Below are positions 20,032-31,083 of a stretch of DNA of 64,000 nucleotides, one piece after another. The notes below the pieces were generated by a model. It had not been told where the DNA came from and made no database searches. It saw nothing but the letters and a program-made list of their open reading frames with translations. Every line of letters begins with the position of its first letter. Position 1 is the stretch's first letter. The position numbers were made by a program, and so were the translations under genes. The stretch is from Roseibacillus sp. GTDB taxonomy: Bacteria; Verrucomicrobiota; Verrucomicrobiia; Verrucomicrobiales; Akkermansiaceae. The stretch lies in assembly GCA_965242925.1 (NCBI GenBank), contig CBDEUM010000030.1, forward strand, positions 311,172 through 375,171, written 5' to 3'.

Positions 20032-20600
20032 CTACTCCACGTTGAACCTGAAGAACGCAGCCCTGTCCTCAGGAGCGAACTCGAGGCAGATGCTTCCATC
20101 GACCACCGAAACGGATTCAGGAGTCACGGTGAGGGGTGCGAAGGTTTGCAGGTCGGCGAACTCGAAGAAGTTGATCTTCATCTGCACGTTGCCTGCCTCG
20201 TTTAGCCCAATGGTGTAATCCGCCGACAGGGCGCGGATCTGGTCCTCGGTGAAACGGGCATCGCGTTCGGCGGTGGCAGTGGCCAGATCACCCTGCAGGT
20301 TCTCAATAGTTGGCATCCCTCCGGGCCACGGCCCCCTGCAAATCGCCAATCTGGGTGTTGAGCTGGGCCAACTGGACGCTGAAGGCATCCAGCATGGTCT
20401 TCAGATCCCTGATCTCGTTTGTGTTGGATTCGATTGCCGCAGCTTGCTCGGGGGGCGATGCGGTGCTCGCAACGCCATTGAGCAAATACCGGCAACAGGT
20501 CGAGGAATTGATAGCTGTTGCCAGCCAGAACGAAATACGCCCCATCCTGGTGGCAATTGCGGTGCAGGATAACGACCCGGCCAGCGAACTCAGCCGGATG
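20032..20600 (-). pseudogene. Frameshifted, 5'-truncated remnant of a surface protein (coiled coil + C-terminal beta domain ending AAFFRFNVE)
   Basis: ORFs 20303-20626 and 20032-20388 join (RRDA|TIENLQGDL) if one A near 20310 is removed; no credible start; 5' boundary approximate. Confidence 0.6.
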
Positions 20601-20689
20601 AGGCTTCGCAAATCTTTGGGCTGCATCGGAAAAGTCCCAAAATTATGCCTGAGTCGGGGTCATTCACAAGTTGATATTCCTCGGTCCTC

Positions 20690-22126
20690 TCAGGCCAAGA
20701 TCCTACGAAGCACGCGGGGATTGCTAGTCACACCGGTGAGGCGCTGATTGAGCCCCTGGAACCTGAAGGTCAGTTCGCTGTGGTCGATCCCCAGGCAATG
20801 GAGAATGGTGGCGTTGAGATCGTGGATGTGCACCGGATCGCTTGCCACGTTGTAGCCGAAGTCATCGGTTTCACCGTAGGTGACCCCGCCCTTCACGGGA
20901 CCGCCGGCCATCCACATCGAGAAGCAGCGGGGATGATGATCCCGGCCGTAGTTCGATGCACTGAGTTTACCCTGGCAGTAAGCGGTTCGCCCGAACTCAC
21001 CTCCCCAAATGACGAGGGTATCGTCAAGCAGGCCGCGACGCTTTAGATCCCGGATCAGCGCCGCCGAAGGTTGATCCACATCGCGGCACTGTCCCGAGAT
21101 CTGCCGCGGCAAATCGTTGTGTTGGTCCCATCCGCGGTGAAAGAGCTGAATGCAACGCACCCCCCGTTCGGCAAGTCGGCGGGCCTGAATGCAATTGGCG
21201 GCGAAGCTGCCCGGTTTGCGCGAGTCCGGGCCATAGAGATTAAACACCTCATCGGGCTCTCCCGAGACATCCACTAATTGCGGCACGGAGGCCTGCATCC
21301 GGTAGGCCAACTCATACTGCGCGATGCGGGTCGCGATTTCCGGATCACCGAGATCCTCAAGCTGGCGCCGGTTGAGTTGGTTCACATCATCGATCAACTG
21401 TCGGCGGGTGGACGGGGCGATCCCCGGCGGGTTCGAGAGGTAGAGCACCGGATCACCGCTGGCGCGAAACTTGACGCCCTGGTGGAGCGACGGCAGGTAA
21501 CCGCTTCCCCAAAGCCGCGCGTAGAGCGGCTCGGCGTCGGGGCGCCCAGTGCCGAGTGAAATCATCGTGACGAAGGTGGGCAGGTCGGCATTGGCGCTTC
21601 CCAGCCCGTAGGACAGCCAGGCCCCGAGGCTCGGGTGGCCGGCGAGCTGGTTCCCGCTTTGAATCAAAGTGATCGCCGGGTCGTGGTTGATGGCCTCGGT
21701 GTGCACGGACCGGATGACGCAGAGGTCATCGACCACTTTGCTGGTGTGTGGCAGCAATTCGCTCACCCAGGTTCCGCCCGTGCCATGCTGCCGGAACTGG
21801 TACTTGGAAGACGCGAGCGGCTTCGATTTCTGGCCGGCGGTAAATCCGGTCAATCGCTGCCCGCGGCGAACCGAGTCGGGCAGTTCGGTGCCGTGCAGAT
21901 CTTTGAGCTTCGATTTGTAATCGAACAGATCGAGCTGGGACGGGCCGCCGGACTGGAAGAGAAAAATGACCCGCTTGGCTCGCGGAATGAATTGCGGCCC
22001 CGGGACCGAAGCCCCGGATCGTCCCATCAGCATCGCCAGCGCAGCCGTCCCCAGCGATAGGCCGGACTGGCCGAAAAACTGCCGCCGGGTCGTGTTCGAA
22101 AAGCACTGCTCCGAATCGAATTCCAT
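20690..22126 (-). CDS. DUF1501 domain protein with Tat-like N-terminus
   Basis: [55 protein letters not shown]. Confidence 0.93.
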   Translation of the reverse strand: MEFDSEQCFSNTTRRQFFGQSGLSLGTAALAMLMGRSGASVPGPQFIPRAKRVIFLFQSGGPSQLDLFDYKSKLKDLHGTELPDSVRRGQRLTGFTAGQKSKPLASSKYQFRQHGTGGTWVSELLPHTSKVVDDLCVIRSVHTEAINHDPAITLIQSGNQLAGHPSLGAWLSYGLGSANADLPTFVTMISLGTGRPDAEPLYARLWGSGYLPSLHQGVKFRASGDPVLYLSNPPGIAPSTRRQLIDDVNQLNRRQLEDLGDPEIATRIAQYELAYRMQASVPQLVDVSGEPDEVFNLYGPDSRKPGSFAANCIQARRLAERGVRCIQLFHRGWDQHNDLPRQISGQCRDVDQPSAALIRDLKRRGLLDDTLVIWGGEFGRTAYCQGKLSASNYGRDHHPRCFSMWMAGGPVKGGVTYGETDDFGYNVASDPVHIHDLNATILHCLGIDHSELTFRFQGLNQRLTGVTSNPRVLRRILA

Positions 22127-24221
22127 CACTCGCGGGTAATCGTTTTATCGAGGTTTAGAATGACGCTGCCGATGGCGGTGTACGCCGCCAGTTCATCGAC
22201 ATCGAGTTGCTTGTCTGGGGGCGACTCACCGACTGCCACCAGCTTCTCGGCCGCGGCCTTGTCTTCGCCATACTTGCGCAGGTAGCGATCGAGTGCCGCG
22301 CGCAGGATCTTCAGATCCTCCGGAGAGGGGGCGCCCACCAGCACGAGCCGGTATCCGTACACCAGCCGCTCCTCGGGCGACGCACCGCCTTCGAGGATCA
22401 TGCGTTGACCCAGGAAGCGAGCCGCTTCGACGTAGGTGGTGTCGTTCATCAGCAGGAGCGACTGGAGCGGGGTGTTGGTGCTGGAACGACTCGGATGGCA
22501 GAGGTCGCGGCTGGGGGCATCGAGGAGGGTCATGGCTGGCGGGGGGATGGTCCGCTTCCAGAAGCTGTATATGCTGCGCCGGTAGAGATCTTCACCGTGA
22601 CCCTGCTCGTACTTCAGCTTGTAGGCCACGCCGTCCCATACCCCGGGCGGTTGGTAAGGCTTCACCGAGGGACCGCCGATCTTGGGCACCAAGAGCCCGC
22701 TGGCAAAGAGCGCCTGGTCGCGAACAAACTCGGCCGGTAACCGCAAACGGGGAGCTCGAGCCAGCAGCAGGTTTTCCGGATCGACCCGTCGCAGTTCCAC
22801 CGTGGTGCGCGACGACTGGCGGTAGGTGGCACTGGTGACGATCAGTCTCTGCATCGCTTTCACGTCCCAGCCGCGGCGAACGAACTCGGTCGCCAGCCAA
22901 TCCAACAATTCGGGGTGGGTGGGCGCCTCGCCCTGAGTGCCCAGATCATCGACGGTGCTGACCAGCCCACGGCCAAAATACATCTTCCAGAATCGGTTGA
23001 CAGTAACGCGGGAAGTCAGTGGGTTCTCCGGCGACACCAGCCACCGCGCCAGCGTGAGCCGATTCTTGGGAGCATCGGCGGGCAGGGGCGGTAAGGCCGC
23101 CGGCACATCGGCGCCCACCTGGGCGCCCGGCTGATTGTAGAGGCCGCGCGTCAGGATGAAGGTGTCGCGGGGTTTCTCCATCTCGGCCATGACCATGGTG
23201 GTGGGAAACCCTTTGAGGAATTGCTTCTGTTCTTTCTCAAGCGCGGCGACCCTTTCCTTCGCCTCCACAATTTGATCCTCCGGCGCCTCGGGTTGTTGTT
23301 TGAGAGTTCCCAGCTCCCCACGAGCCGTCTCGACGCGCTTCTCATATTCGACCGCTTTGGCTTCGTCCGCAACGGTCAGAACCCTGGCCAAGGGAGGAGC
23401 GTTGGGCTCAGCCCCCCGTTGCCCACCTCCGGCACGTTGTTGAAGAAGGCAAATAGCTGATAGAAATCGCGCTGTGAAATCGGGTCGTACTTGTGATCAT
23501 GGCACCTGGCGCAATTCATCGTGATTCCCATCCAGACGGTGACGGTGGTATCTACACGGTCCACCACGTACTCGACCCGCCACTCTTCCGGGATGGTTCC
23601 CAACTCACGATTGATTCGATGGTTGCGATTGAATCCCGTGGCGACTTTCTGCCGGGACGTGGCATTCGGAAGGAGGTCGCCCGCCAGTTGCTGAACGGTG
23701 AACTGATCGAACGGCATGTTCTGATCGAACGCAGCGATGACCCAATCGCGCCACGGCCACATCGAGCGTTCCTTATCCACCTCATAGCCGTCGGTGTCGG
23801 CGAAGCGTGCCAGGTCGAGCCAGTCCATCGCCATCCGCTCAGCATATTGCGGCGATTCCGACAGCCGATCCACGACGCGCCTGTAAGCTCCCGGCGCGCT
23901 GTCTGACAGGAAGTCATCGACCTCATTCGGAGTGGGCGGCAGCCCAGTCAAATCGAGAGTGACCCGGCGGATCAGAGTGAACCGGTCTGCCTCGGGAGAG
24001 GGTGATCGTCCTTCGCGTTCCAGGCGTGACAACACAAAGTGGTCGATGTCATTGCGGATCCATGCGTCGCGCTGCACGGCCGGGGGCGTTGGCCGCTTCG
24101 GCACTACGAAGGCCCAGTGTTCCTCCCGAGCGGAGTCGGCCGCGCTCGCTGCGCTCGGCGGAAGAATCACGAAGTGCAGGACGCCTAACAGCGTTGTGCA
24201 AAAAAGTAGCGGACGCAGCAT
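22126..24221 (-). pseudogene. DUF1549/DUF1553 gene split by a frameshift near 23392 (pseudogene or assembly error)
   Basis: 5' part has signal peptide, HWAF, CARCHDHKYDP (DUF1549); 3' part has NPLTSRVTVNRFW, HPELLDWLA, TNTPLQ (DUF1553); frames differ by one base at ctcctccc|ttggcc. Confidence 0.85.
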
Positions 24222-24521
24222 ATCGAGCGAGGTGGCGGAAGGGGTTCGCCGGAACTCAATAGCAATACGTCGCCACCCCCTGCAACACCCGATCAGGCGG
24301 GCCGTGCGAATTGATTCGCTACCCGTGGGGTGTAGCCTGCCGGATCCCCTAATCTGACGAGAGAACAGCCATGAAATCCGCGCGGACCACTGCGATCTTG
24401 TTTTCATGGCTGCTCCAGCTGGCCGGAGGACGGGAAGCACCTCGGCGAGGTGTTCGCACGACATCAATGACCACTCGGGTTCCCCCTCCACGAGAGCCGT
24501 GAGGAACTTGTGGGGATTGCC

Positions 24522-24597
24522 CCGCAAACCCGAAGCGAAGGGCTGGGGTGAGACGTGGAACCGTCGGCCAGTGAAGCTGATCAGTGAGAAGCCCTGA
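24522..24597 (+). repeat. Orphan 3' module of the LRR lipoprotein family (RKPEAKGWGETWNRRPVKLISEKP*)
   Basis: Same length as 10404-10479 with the first 30 nt identical; upstream sequence unrelated. Confidence 0.85.
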
Positions 24598-24649
24598 TAA
24601 CTCACCCCGCCCCGATCCGCGTGGTGTTGCGGGGTATTTTAACAGGCTC

Positions 24650-24840
24650 TTAAAGCACCAGCGCGCAGTTTGGCAGGTCTCGTTTCAATTTCTCGATGGT
24701 TTCCGGCGTTACCTGGGTGTGGCCGAGGAACAGCTCCCAAAGCGACTTCATCTCCCGGAGGTGCTGGTAGGCCGCGTCCGTAAGAGCCGAGTTCCAAAAG
24801 GTCAAAAGCCTCAAATTGCTCAAATGCTCCGGGCCGAGGT
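24650..24840 (-). pseudogene. 3' remnant of a leucine-rich-repeat gene
   Basis: LSNLRLLTFWNSALTD...LREMKSLWELFLGHTQVT...LKRDLPNC is the last repeats and C-cap of a bacterial LRR protein; no N-terminus. Confidence 0.7.
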
Positions 24841-24861
24841 CGAGGAGAAAGAAACTGATTC

Positions 24862-25308
24862 TTGGTGGACAGGGCATTAATCTACCAAAAGTCGGCGATT
24901 TTGACGCAGGGCTCCGCCTGTCCGCCGCGTCTGGGCAGCGGGGAGTTGGGGGGAGAGGCTACTCAGGAACCGAGGAACTCGTCCGGTGGGTCGGGATCGC
25001 CATCGAGGACGAGGATGCCTTCGTCATCGAGGGGAAGTTCGGGGGCTTGCCACGGGACCTGGGACGCGTCGTGGGACTGTGTTACCCGGGCCAGAGAACC
25101 GCGCATCACTGAATTCCGTTGTAATCGAGTTTCTGGACACTACGGGGTGTCGGTGGATGCTCCCGGTATGGCGGAGACATGGAAGCGGATTGTGGTCGTG
25201 CCCGGGGTAGAACTCCACTTGCGTGGGGACCTGCCAAAGCCAAGGCCGAGAGAGATGGAGGAGCTGCTGGTGAAGTTGGAAACGGCGCTGCGCAAGGGGC
25301 TGGGCTAA
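24862..25308 (+). CDS. Hypothetical protein or gene remnant
   Basis: Only the 3' half (GHYGVSVDAPGMAETWKRIVV...) looks protein-like; frame of the 5' half uncertain. Confidence 0.3.
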   Translation: MVDRALIYQKSAILTQGSACPPRLGSGELGGEATQEPRNSSGGSGSPSRTRMPSSSRGSSGACHGTWDASWDCVTRAREPRITEFRCNRVSGHYGVSVDAPGMAETWKRIVVVPGVELHLRGDLPKPRPREMEELLVKLETALRKGLG

Positions 25309-25385
25309 AGCCATGCATTCGTGGTTCCTGAGTGAGGGCGGATTCCGCGTGCGGATACCGAGGTAGTCGGTAGGGTAGCCACACA

Positions 25386-25601
25386 ATGGAATCCGACGCT
25401 GAATCTGGAATCCGCATTCCCTACGAGCAGCTGCCACCTCCGGCCTTGGCGGCGGTGATCGAAGAGTTCGTGACGCGCGATGGGACCGAGATGACGGATG
25501 CAAGGCGGAAGATCGACCAGGTGACGGAGCTCCTGCGTCGTGGCGAGGTGGAAGTGTGGTTCGACCAGGTGACCAAGACCTGCAACATTCTGCGGGTCTA
25601 G
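25386..25601 (+). CDS. yheU: YheU family (UPF0270) protein
   Basis: IPYEQL...L..VIEEFVTRDGT....KI.QV...L..GEV.V.FD..T.TCNI pattern; 71 aa. Confidence 0.85.
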   Translation: MESDAESGIRIPYEQLPPPALAAVIEEFVTRDGTEMTDARRKIDQVTELLRRGEVEVWFDQVTKTCNILRV

Positions 25602-25928
25602 CCCGCCTCTCCTTCACCGCTCTGTCTGGTCGAGGCTACCGGGCGGACCGTTCCGTCGATGTTTCTGACCCAACCAAATGGTCGGAGTCCATCTCCTTCC
25701 GAGTGCGTCCGTGTCCTTCATCTTTTCATCTTAACTCTTTTTGATTTTACAAGCAACGCAACCGCTCAGTCATGACACGCGGGGAAATTCCCTCGGATTC
25801 TTTTTTTCCGGAGCAGTCGCTTTTTTTCTGCTACTACCCGCTGGGCTTACGTTCCCCGCTCCCAGAGATTTGCCCCCCTCACCCCGCCCAGATCCTCTGG
25901 CGGATCTGTCATCGGTTTTGACTCCTGC

Positions 25929-28900
25929 TTGGGTCTTGCCTCCCCTGCCTCCATCGCGGAGCTTCCTTATGTGCCCTCCCTCCCTCGAGTCGGCAGAAAA
26001 CTGCAATTGCTGCGCCTCTTTCTCGTCCTGACAACCCTTGTAGGACGGAGCTACGCCGAGCAATCGGGCAGAGACACGCCCGTTCCGGTCGCCCCCTATC
26101 TCAACGCGGTCTTCCCCTCCGTCCCGCCCGGTGGGGCGGGCGCCTGGAAGACCGTCCGTTCCTTTCCCAATCTCACCTTCACCGATCCCATGTGGGTTAC
26201 GCCCTGGCCCGGCACCAATGACCTGCTCATGGTCGAACGAATGGGACGCTTGCGAAGATTCCCCAATCGCCAGGACACGGTCCCGGCCGACGTCTCGACC
26301 ATCCTCAACTGGAGAGGGCGCACGCAAACCCGCGGCGACGACGGAGGATTCTACTCCGCGGTCTTCCATCCCAAGTTCACCGACCTCACTGATCCCAAAC
26401 GCTTCCTCTTCCTCTGCTACACTCATCAGCTTCAAGAAGGAACCAACACCGTTCTTGGAGACTCCTACTGGCGACTCACTCGTCTTGAGTTCGATGCCAC
26501 CGGCGCTGTCGTGCCGGGCTCCGAGACTATTCTCATCAGCCTCTACGATCCGCAACGCTGGCACAACGGAGGAGCCATGTTCTTCGGTCCGAAAGGCTTC
26601 CTCTATCTCTCCAACGGCGACGGGGGACACAGTGGGAACCCCTTTGAGAATGGACAGGTCCTCGACAAGAGTCTCTTCAGTGTGGTCATCCGGATCGACG
26701 TCGATGAGCGGGGAGGAACTGTCAGTCATCCCATTCGCCGCCAACCGCAAGAGATCAAGGTCCTTCCTGAGGGAGTCACGACGAGCTACACCCAGAACTA
26801 CTACATCCCAAGCGACAATCCCTGGGTCGAGGATCCCACCCTCCCTGGTGAGGAAGCCCCCTTCATGGAAGAGATCTACGCCTGCGGATTACGCAGTCCC
26901 CACACCATGCACTACGATCAGGGCACCGCTCAGGTCTGGCTCGGTGACGTGGGATTTCGTGACCGCGAAGAACTGAACCTCTTCCTTCTCGATCCGGAGA
27001 ATCCCGTCCTCCCCAAGTCCGGCTCCAATTTCGGCTGGGACAAACAGGAAGGATTTCTCGGCGGAAGACTTCCCATCGGAGCCCCAGGCATCGAGACCCT
27101 TCCGGTCCTCGACTACGATCGATCAGTCGGGGCCTGCATCATTGCGGGTGGCATCTACCGCGGGAGCCAACACGCCCTCGATCTCTTCGGCGATGTGGTC
27201 CTCGGCGACAACCGCACCGGGATGCTCTGGTCCGTCGACTATCAGGATGGTCGCCCTGCCCTCCTCAAGGAGTTGACCGTCCTCACCGACGGCGATCCTC
27301 TGCTCGGAGGAAACGTGCGAGGCCTCACCAACATCTGCCGCGATCAGGACGGCGAGCTTCTGCTTCTCTATTCAGCGAGCTCTAACAACCCCGCCGGGAA
27401 AATCTATACTCTCGAATCCTCCGCCCCCAATCCGGAACCGCCCGCCCTGCTCTCTCAAACCGGAGCCTTCGCCGACCTGCCATCTCTCACCCCGGCTCCC
27501 TTCCTCCTCCCCTACTCCGTCAACAGCCCCCTCTGGTCCGACCGTGCGCTCAAGACCCGCTGGATCGCCCTGCCCAATGACGGGCTCCACGACAGTCCCG
27601 CCGAGCAGATCTCCTATCGTCAGAACGACAACTGGATATTCCCCGCCGGCACCGTCCTGGTGAAACACTTCGAGCTGCCCGTCGATGAACGCGATCCCTC
27701 GCTCACCACCCGGCTCGAAACGCGCTTTATCGTATGCCTTTCCGATGGCGGAAAGTATGGCGTGACCTACCGCTGGCGCCTCGACGGATCGGATGCCGAT
27801 CTCATTTCGAACCGCGAGACCGCCGACTACCAGATCACCCAGACTGACGGCACCGCCATCAATCAACGCTGGCAGTTCCCCGGCAGATCTGACTGCCTTA
27901 GCTGCCACAACTCGACTGCAGGCCAGGCCCTCGGCGTCCGCACTCACCAACTCAACGGATCGTTCTGCTATCCCGATTCACGGATTGTGGCCAATCAACT
28001 GGAGACCTGGAACGAATTGCAGATGCTTGATCGCCCCCTCTTGAGATGGGAAATCGGAAGTAGTCTCCGCTCGACCCCGCTCCATGACGGGACCGTTCCT
28101 CTCGAACACCGGGTCCGTTCCTACCTCGATTCCAACTGTGCTCATTGTCACCGCCCGGGAGCACTGGGTCCCGGCTTCGATGCCCGCCTCACCGTTCCCT
28201 TGCACAGCCAGAAGCTTCTCAACGAAGCGCTCCGCTCCGACCTCGAAGGACGATTCGATCTGGACCCATCTCACGAGAACGACGGGCAGCTCATCCCCGG
28301 AGATCCCGGTCTCTCCGCCGTGTATTTCCGACTCGCCCACCCCCAGCCGAGTCCCGCGGCAATGCCGCCCCTCGCCAAGAACCTCGTCGACCGGGAGGCC
28401 CTTCACGCGCTCGCAATTTGGATTCGCGGATTACAGGGCACTTCCGCGACCTCCATCGGAGTTCAACTCGGCGGGCCCTCCGGACAAGTGGATGGGCCCT
28501 TCCCTCTCACCATCACCTTTGACCGTTCGGTCACCAACTTCCTGGAAGACGCAATCACCGTCAAAAACGGAACGATCATCAACCTAGCCGGACAAGGATA
28601 CTTTTACACTGCGCAGGTGTTCCCCATCGCTTCGCCCGTCACCATTGAGATTCCTCCCGGTGTCATGGTCCGCGAAGGCCTTCCCAACGCAGCCTCCAAT
28701 CAACTGCTCATTCCCTTCTCCCCGCAGCGTGATCAAGACCTCCGTCTGGAGTTCGATCACGACCCCGCCACCGAAACATTCCGCCTCAGCTGGCTCAGCA
28801 ACCCGAATCGTGTCTATCATCTCCGCAGTGCGTCGAATCTCCTCGACCCTCCCCCCACTTGGCCCGTCTTCGGTCATTACACCAGGCTCCTCGCTCAACC

Positions 28901-28985
28901 TCCGAGAAACACCCTGGAGTTCGTCTTGCCCCCGGAAGAGTCTCGCTACTTCGTCATCGAAGCAGAGACAATCACTCCCAAGTAA
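25929..28985 (+). CDS. Glucose/sorbosone dehydrogenase-like propeller fused to diheme cytochrome c, Ig-like and C-terminal beta domain
   Basis: WHNGGAMFFGPKGFLYLSNGDGG, IPSDNPW, EIYACGLRSP, GDVG; YSVNSPLWSDRALKTRW, FPAGTVLVKHF; two CxxCH (CLSCH, CAHCH); true start may be slightly downstream. Confidence 0.85.
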   Translation: MGLASPASIAELPYVPSLPRVGRKLQLLRLFLVLTTLVGRSYAEQSGRDTPVPVAPYLNAVFPSVPPGGAGAWKTVRSFPNLTFTDPMWVTPWPGTNDLLMVERMGRLRRFPNRQDTVPADVSTILNWRGRTQTRGDDGGFYSAVFHPKFTDLTDPKRFLFLCYTHQLQEGTNTVLGDSYWRLTRLEFDATGAVVPGSETILISLYDPQRWHNGGAMFFGPKGFLYLSNGDGGHSGNPFENGQVLDKSLFSVVIRIDVDERGGTVSHPIRRQPQEIKVLPEGVTTSYTQNYYIPSDNPWVEDPTLPGEEAPFMEEIYACGLRSPHTMHYDQGTAQVWLGDVGFRDREELNLFLLDPENPVLPKSGSNFGWDKQEGFLGGRLPIGAPGIETLPVLDYDRSVGACIIAGGIYRGSQHALDLFGDVVLGDNRTGMLWSVDYQDGRPALLKELTVLTDGDPLLGGNVRGLTNICRDQDGELLLLYSASSNNPAGKIYTLESSAPNPEPPALLSQTGAFADLPSLTPAPFLLPYSVNSPLWSDRALKTRWIALPNDGLHDSPAEQISYRQNDNWIFPAGTVLVKHFELPVDERDPSLTTRLETRFIVCLSDGGKYGVTYRWRLDGSDADLISNRETADYQITQTDGTAINQRWQFPGRSDCLSCHNSTAGQALGVRTHQLNGSFCYPDSRIVANQLETWNELQMLDRPLLRWEIGSSLRSTPLHDGTVPLEHRVRSYLDSNCAHCHRPGALGPGFDARLTVPLHSQKLLNEALRSDLEGRFDLDPSHENDGQLIPGDPGLSAVYFRLAHPQPSPAAMPPLAKNLVDREALHALAIWIRGLQGTSATSIGVQLGGPSGQVDGPFPLTITFDRSVTNFLEDAITVKNGTIINLAGQGYFYTAQVFPIASPVTIEIPPGVMVREGLPNAASNQLLIPFSPQRDQDLRLEFDHDPATETFRLSWLSNPNRVYHLRSASNLLDPPPTWPVFGHYTRLLAQPPRNTLEFVLPPEESRYFVIEAETITPK

Positions 28986-29056
28986 CCGGCACAATGAATG
29001 GCGACGGCAAACTCCAGTTGGACGAGTTGAAAAAGTGAACAACCAGGAATTTGTTT

Positions 29057-30650
29057 ATGGATAAAGAACGCGAACAGAACTCAGAACTTAGCCGCCGTAA
29101 ACTTCTAAAGAGCACGGCCGCTGCTGGATTGGCCGTCTCCATTGGAGTTGGAAGCGAATCGCAGACGGCGGCCGCTGTTCTGGTCGGCGACAATCCCATC
29201 CGCAAAGAAAACGCCAAGACCGGCACTCGCGACTGGTTGCTAACCAAGACCGACATCACGAAGAACGAGCCAGTGAAGTTGTGGCGTTCGCCGAGGATCG
29301 AGGGTTACTGCTCGGCAACGAGTGTGAGCGCCGGCGACACACTCAAGATCATGGTGAGCACGAACCCGGTCTCCGAGTTCAACCTCGAAATCTATCGCAC
29401 GGGTTATTACGGCGGCACCGGAGGGCGGTTCATGAAGCGATTTCGAGTCGCTGAAGGGCAAGACCCAGCCCGATCCTCCGGTTGGCAAACGTCGTCTACG
29501 AGAATGCAAGTGGGAACCTTCCGTGGAATTTGAGATTCCCAAGGATTGGTTGAGTGGTGTTTACCTCGGCAAGCTCACCGCGAAGAAAGGTGGCGTGCAG
29601 AGCTACGTCATTTTCATTGTGCGTGATGACCGGCCCTGCGACCTGATTTTCCAGTGCAGCGACCTGACCTGGCTGGCCTACAACAGCTGGCCCACCAACG
29701 AGTATTCGCTGTACCACAACGACAAGAACGGCTACACGGGATATAAGAAAAGGAAGAAGTGGAGCACCGATGCAGCCGACACCGGGTGGGTGAGCTTTGA
29801 CCGTCCCTACTCGCAGTTCTGCCAGGATCATCTGGTCAAGAATCCCAAGTCCGTGGGCACGGGCGAATTTCTGCTTTGGGAATTCCCGCTCTCCTATTGG
29901 ATCGAACAGCAGGGCTACGATTTGTCCTACATTTCGAATGTGGATACCCACACGGACGGACCCGGACTAAAACGCGCCAAGGGTTTCATCTCCGTCGGCC
30001 ACGACGAGTATTGGACGCGAGAGATGTACGACAACGCCATTGCTGCCCGGGACGCAGGCGTTAACTTTGCCTTCCTGAGCGGTAACTCGGTCTGGGGTGT
30101 CGTGCCTTTGCTACCCTCCGCTACAGGGCAGCCTCACCGGGTCATGCACCGCGCAGGCAAGTTCCTGGGCGAGGATATCAACAGGATGTTGCACAAGCGA
30201 AAGGGCTGGACCTCCACGTTTCCGGCCGGACCTGACGGAGCGCTGCTCATGGGAGGGCGCACCGCCGGAATTGGCGGTGGCGATTGGACCTGCACCAAGC
30301 CCGATCACTGGCTGTATGAAGGCACGGGGATGAAGGAAGGCGATAAGGCCCAAGGCCTCATCGGCTGGGAATATCACGGCTCTCCGGTCAAGGACTTGCC
30401 CGGCATGGAAGTCGTCTCTCACAGCGTGGTAAAAGCCGGAAAGGGAAAGCCTCGGTCGCCGCATGTCGCCACGGTCTACAACGGGCCCAAGGGCAATATC
30501 GTATTCGACGCCGGAAGCATCTGGTGGGCGCAGGGTTTGTCATCGCCTCCCGGTCACGTGCTCCCCGCCAATAGGGCCGCCAAGCCGCAAGGCCCGGACA
30601 AGCGCGTGCAAAGCATGATGAAAAACGTGTTCGATCGGTTCATCAAGTAA
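29057..30650 (+). pseudogene. Tat-exported N,N-dimethylformamidase beta-subunit-like (DUF6605-type) gene with +1 frameshift at ~29441-29443
   Basis: SRRKLLK Tat motif; IEGYCSATSV.AG, IYRTGYYGG.G, SGVYLGKL, TWLAYN.W, VSFDRPY, SVGHDEYW; removing one T gives continuous RFESLKGKTQPDPP...ECKWEPSVEFEIP. Confidence 0.82.
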
Positions 30651-30682
30651 ATGCTAAGAAGCGGAAAAGGAATCACGGTGCT

Positions 30683-30814
30683 ATGAAGATATTCGTCCTG
30701 CTGTTTGCCGCGCTACTGGTCGCGGGTTGTGGTGAGAAGTCGTCATCCGAAGGTTCGGAGTCGGCCAGTGAGAAGCCAACGGCGTCCGATGAAAGCGCGG
30801 GGGCCGTGAGATAA
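30683..30814 (+). pseudogene. Truncated lipoprotein 5' module (MKIFVLLFAALLVAGCGEKSSSEGSESASEKPTASDESAGAVR*)
   Basis: 30697-30767 matches 9894-9964 with 1 mismatch in 71 nt. Confidence 0.78.
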
Positions 30815-31083
30815 ACGCGGCTGCGCCTCCGCGGAATGGTCGTCCAGGACTCGGTCCGAAAAAGCAATTCCCCAGCAGCCGATCCGCGTGGATCGGGTCA
30901 GGGAATAATCGGTTGTCCCAGGTTTTACACCTTTTGCATTCTTTCTCCGACGTGACGCGTCCTTTCAGCGGTCTGACGAGTCCGTAGGGTTCCCGTGATC
31001 CGGGGTAGCTGGGGGTGCAGTCCCTGCCGAGAATCGGCTCATCTTGGTGGGGGGCAAAAAGGACTGACGAATCAGGTCCCGGC

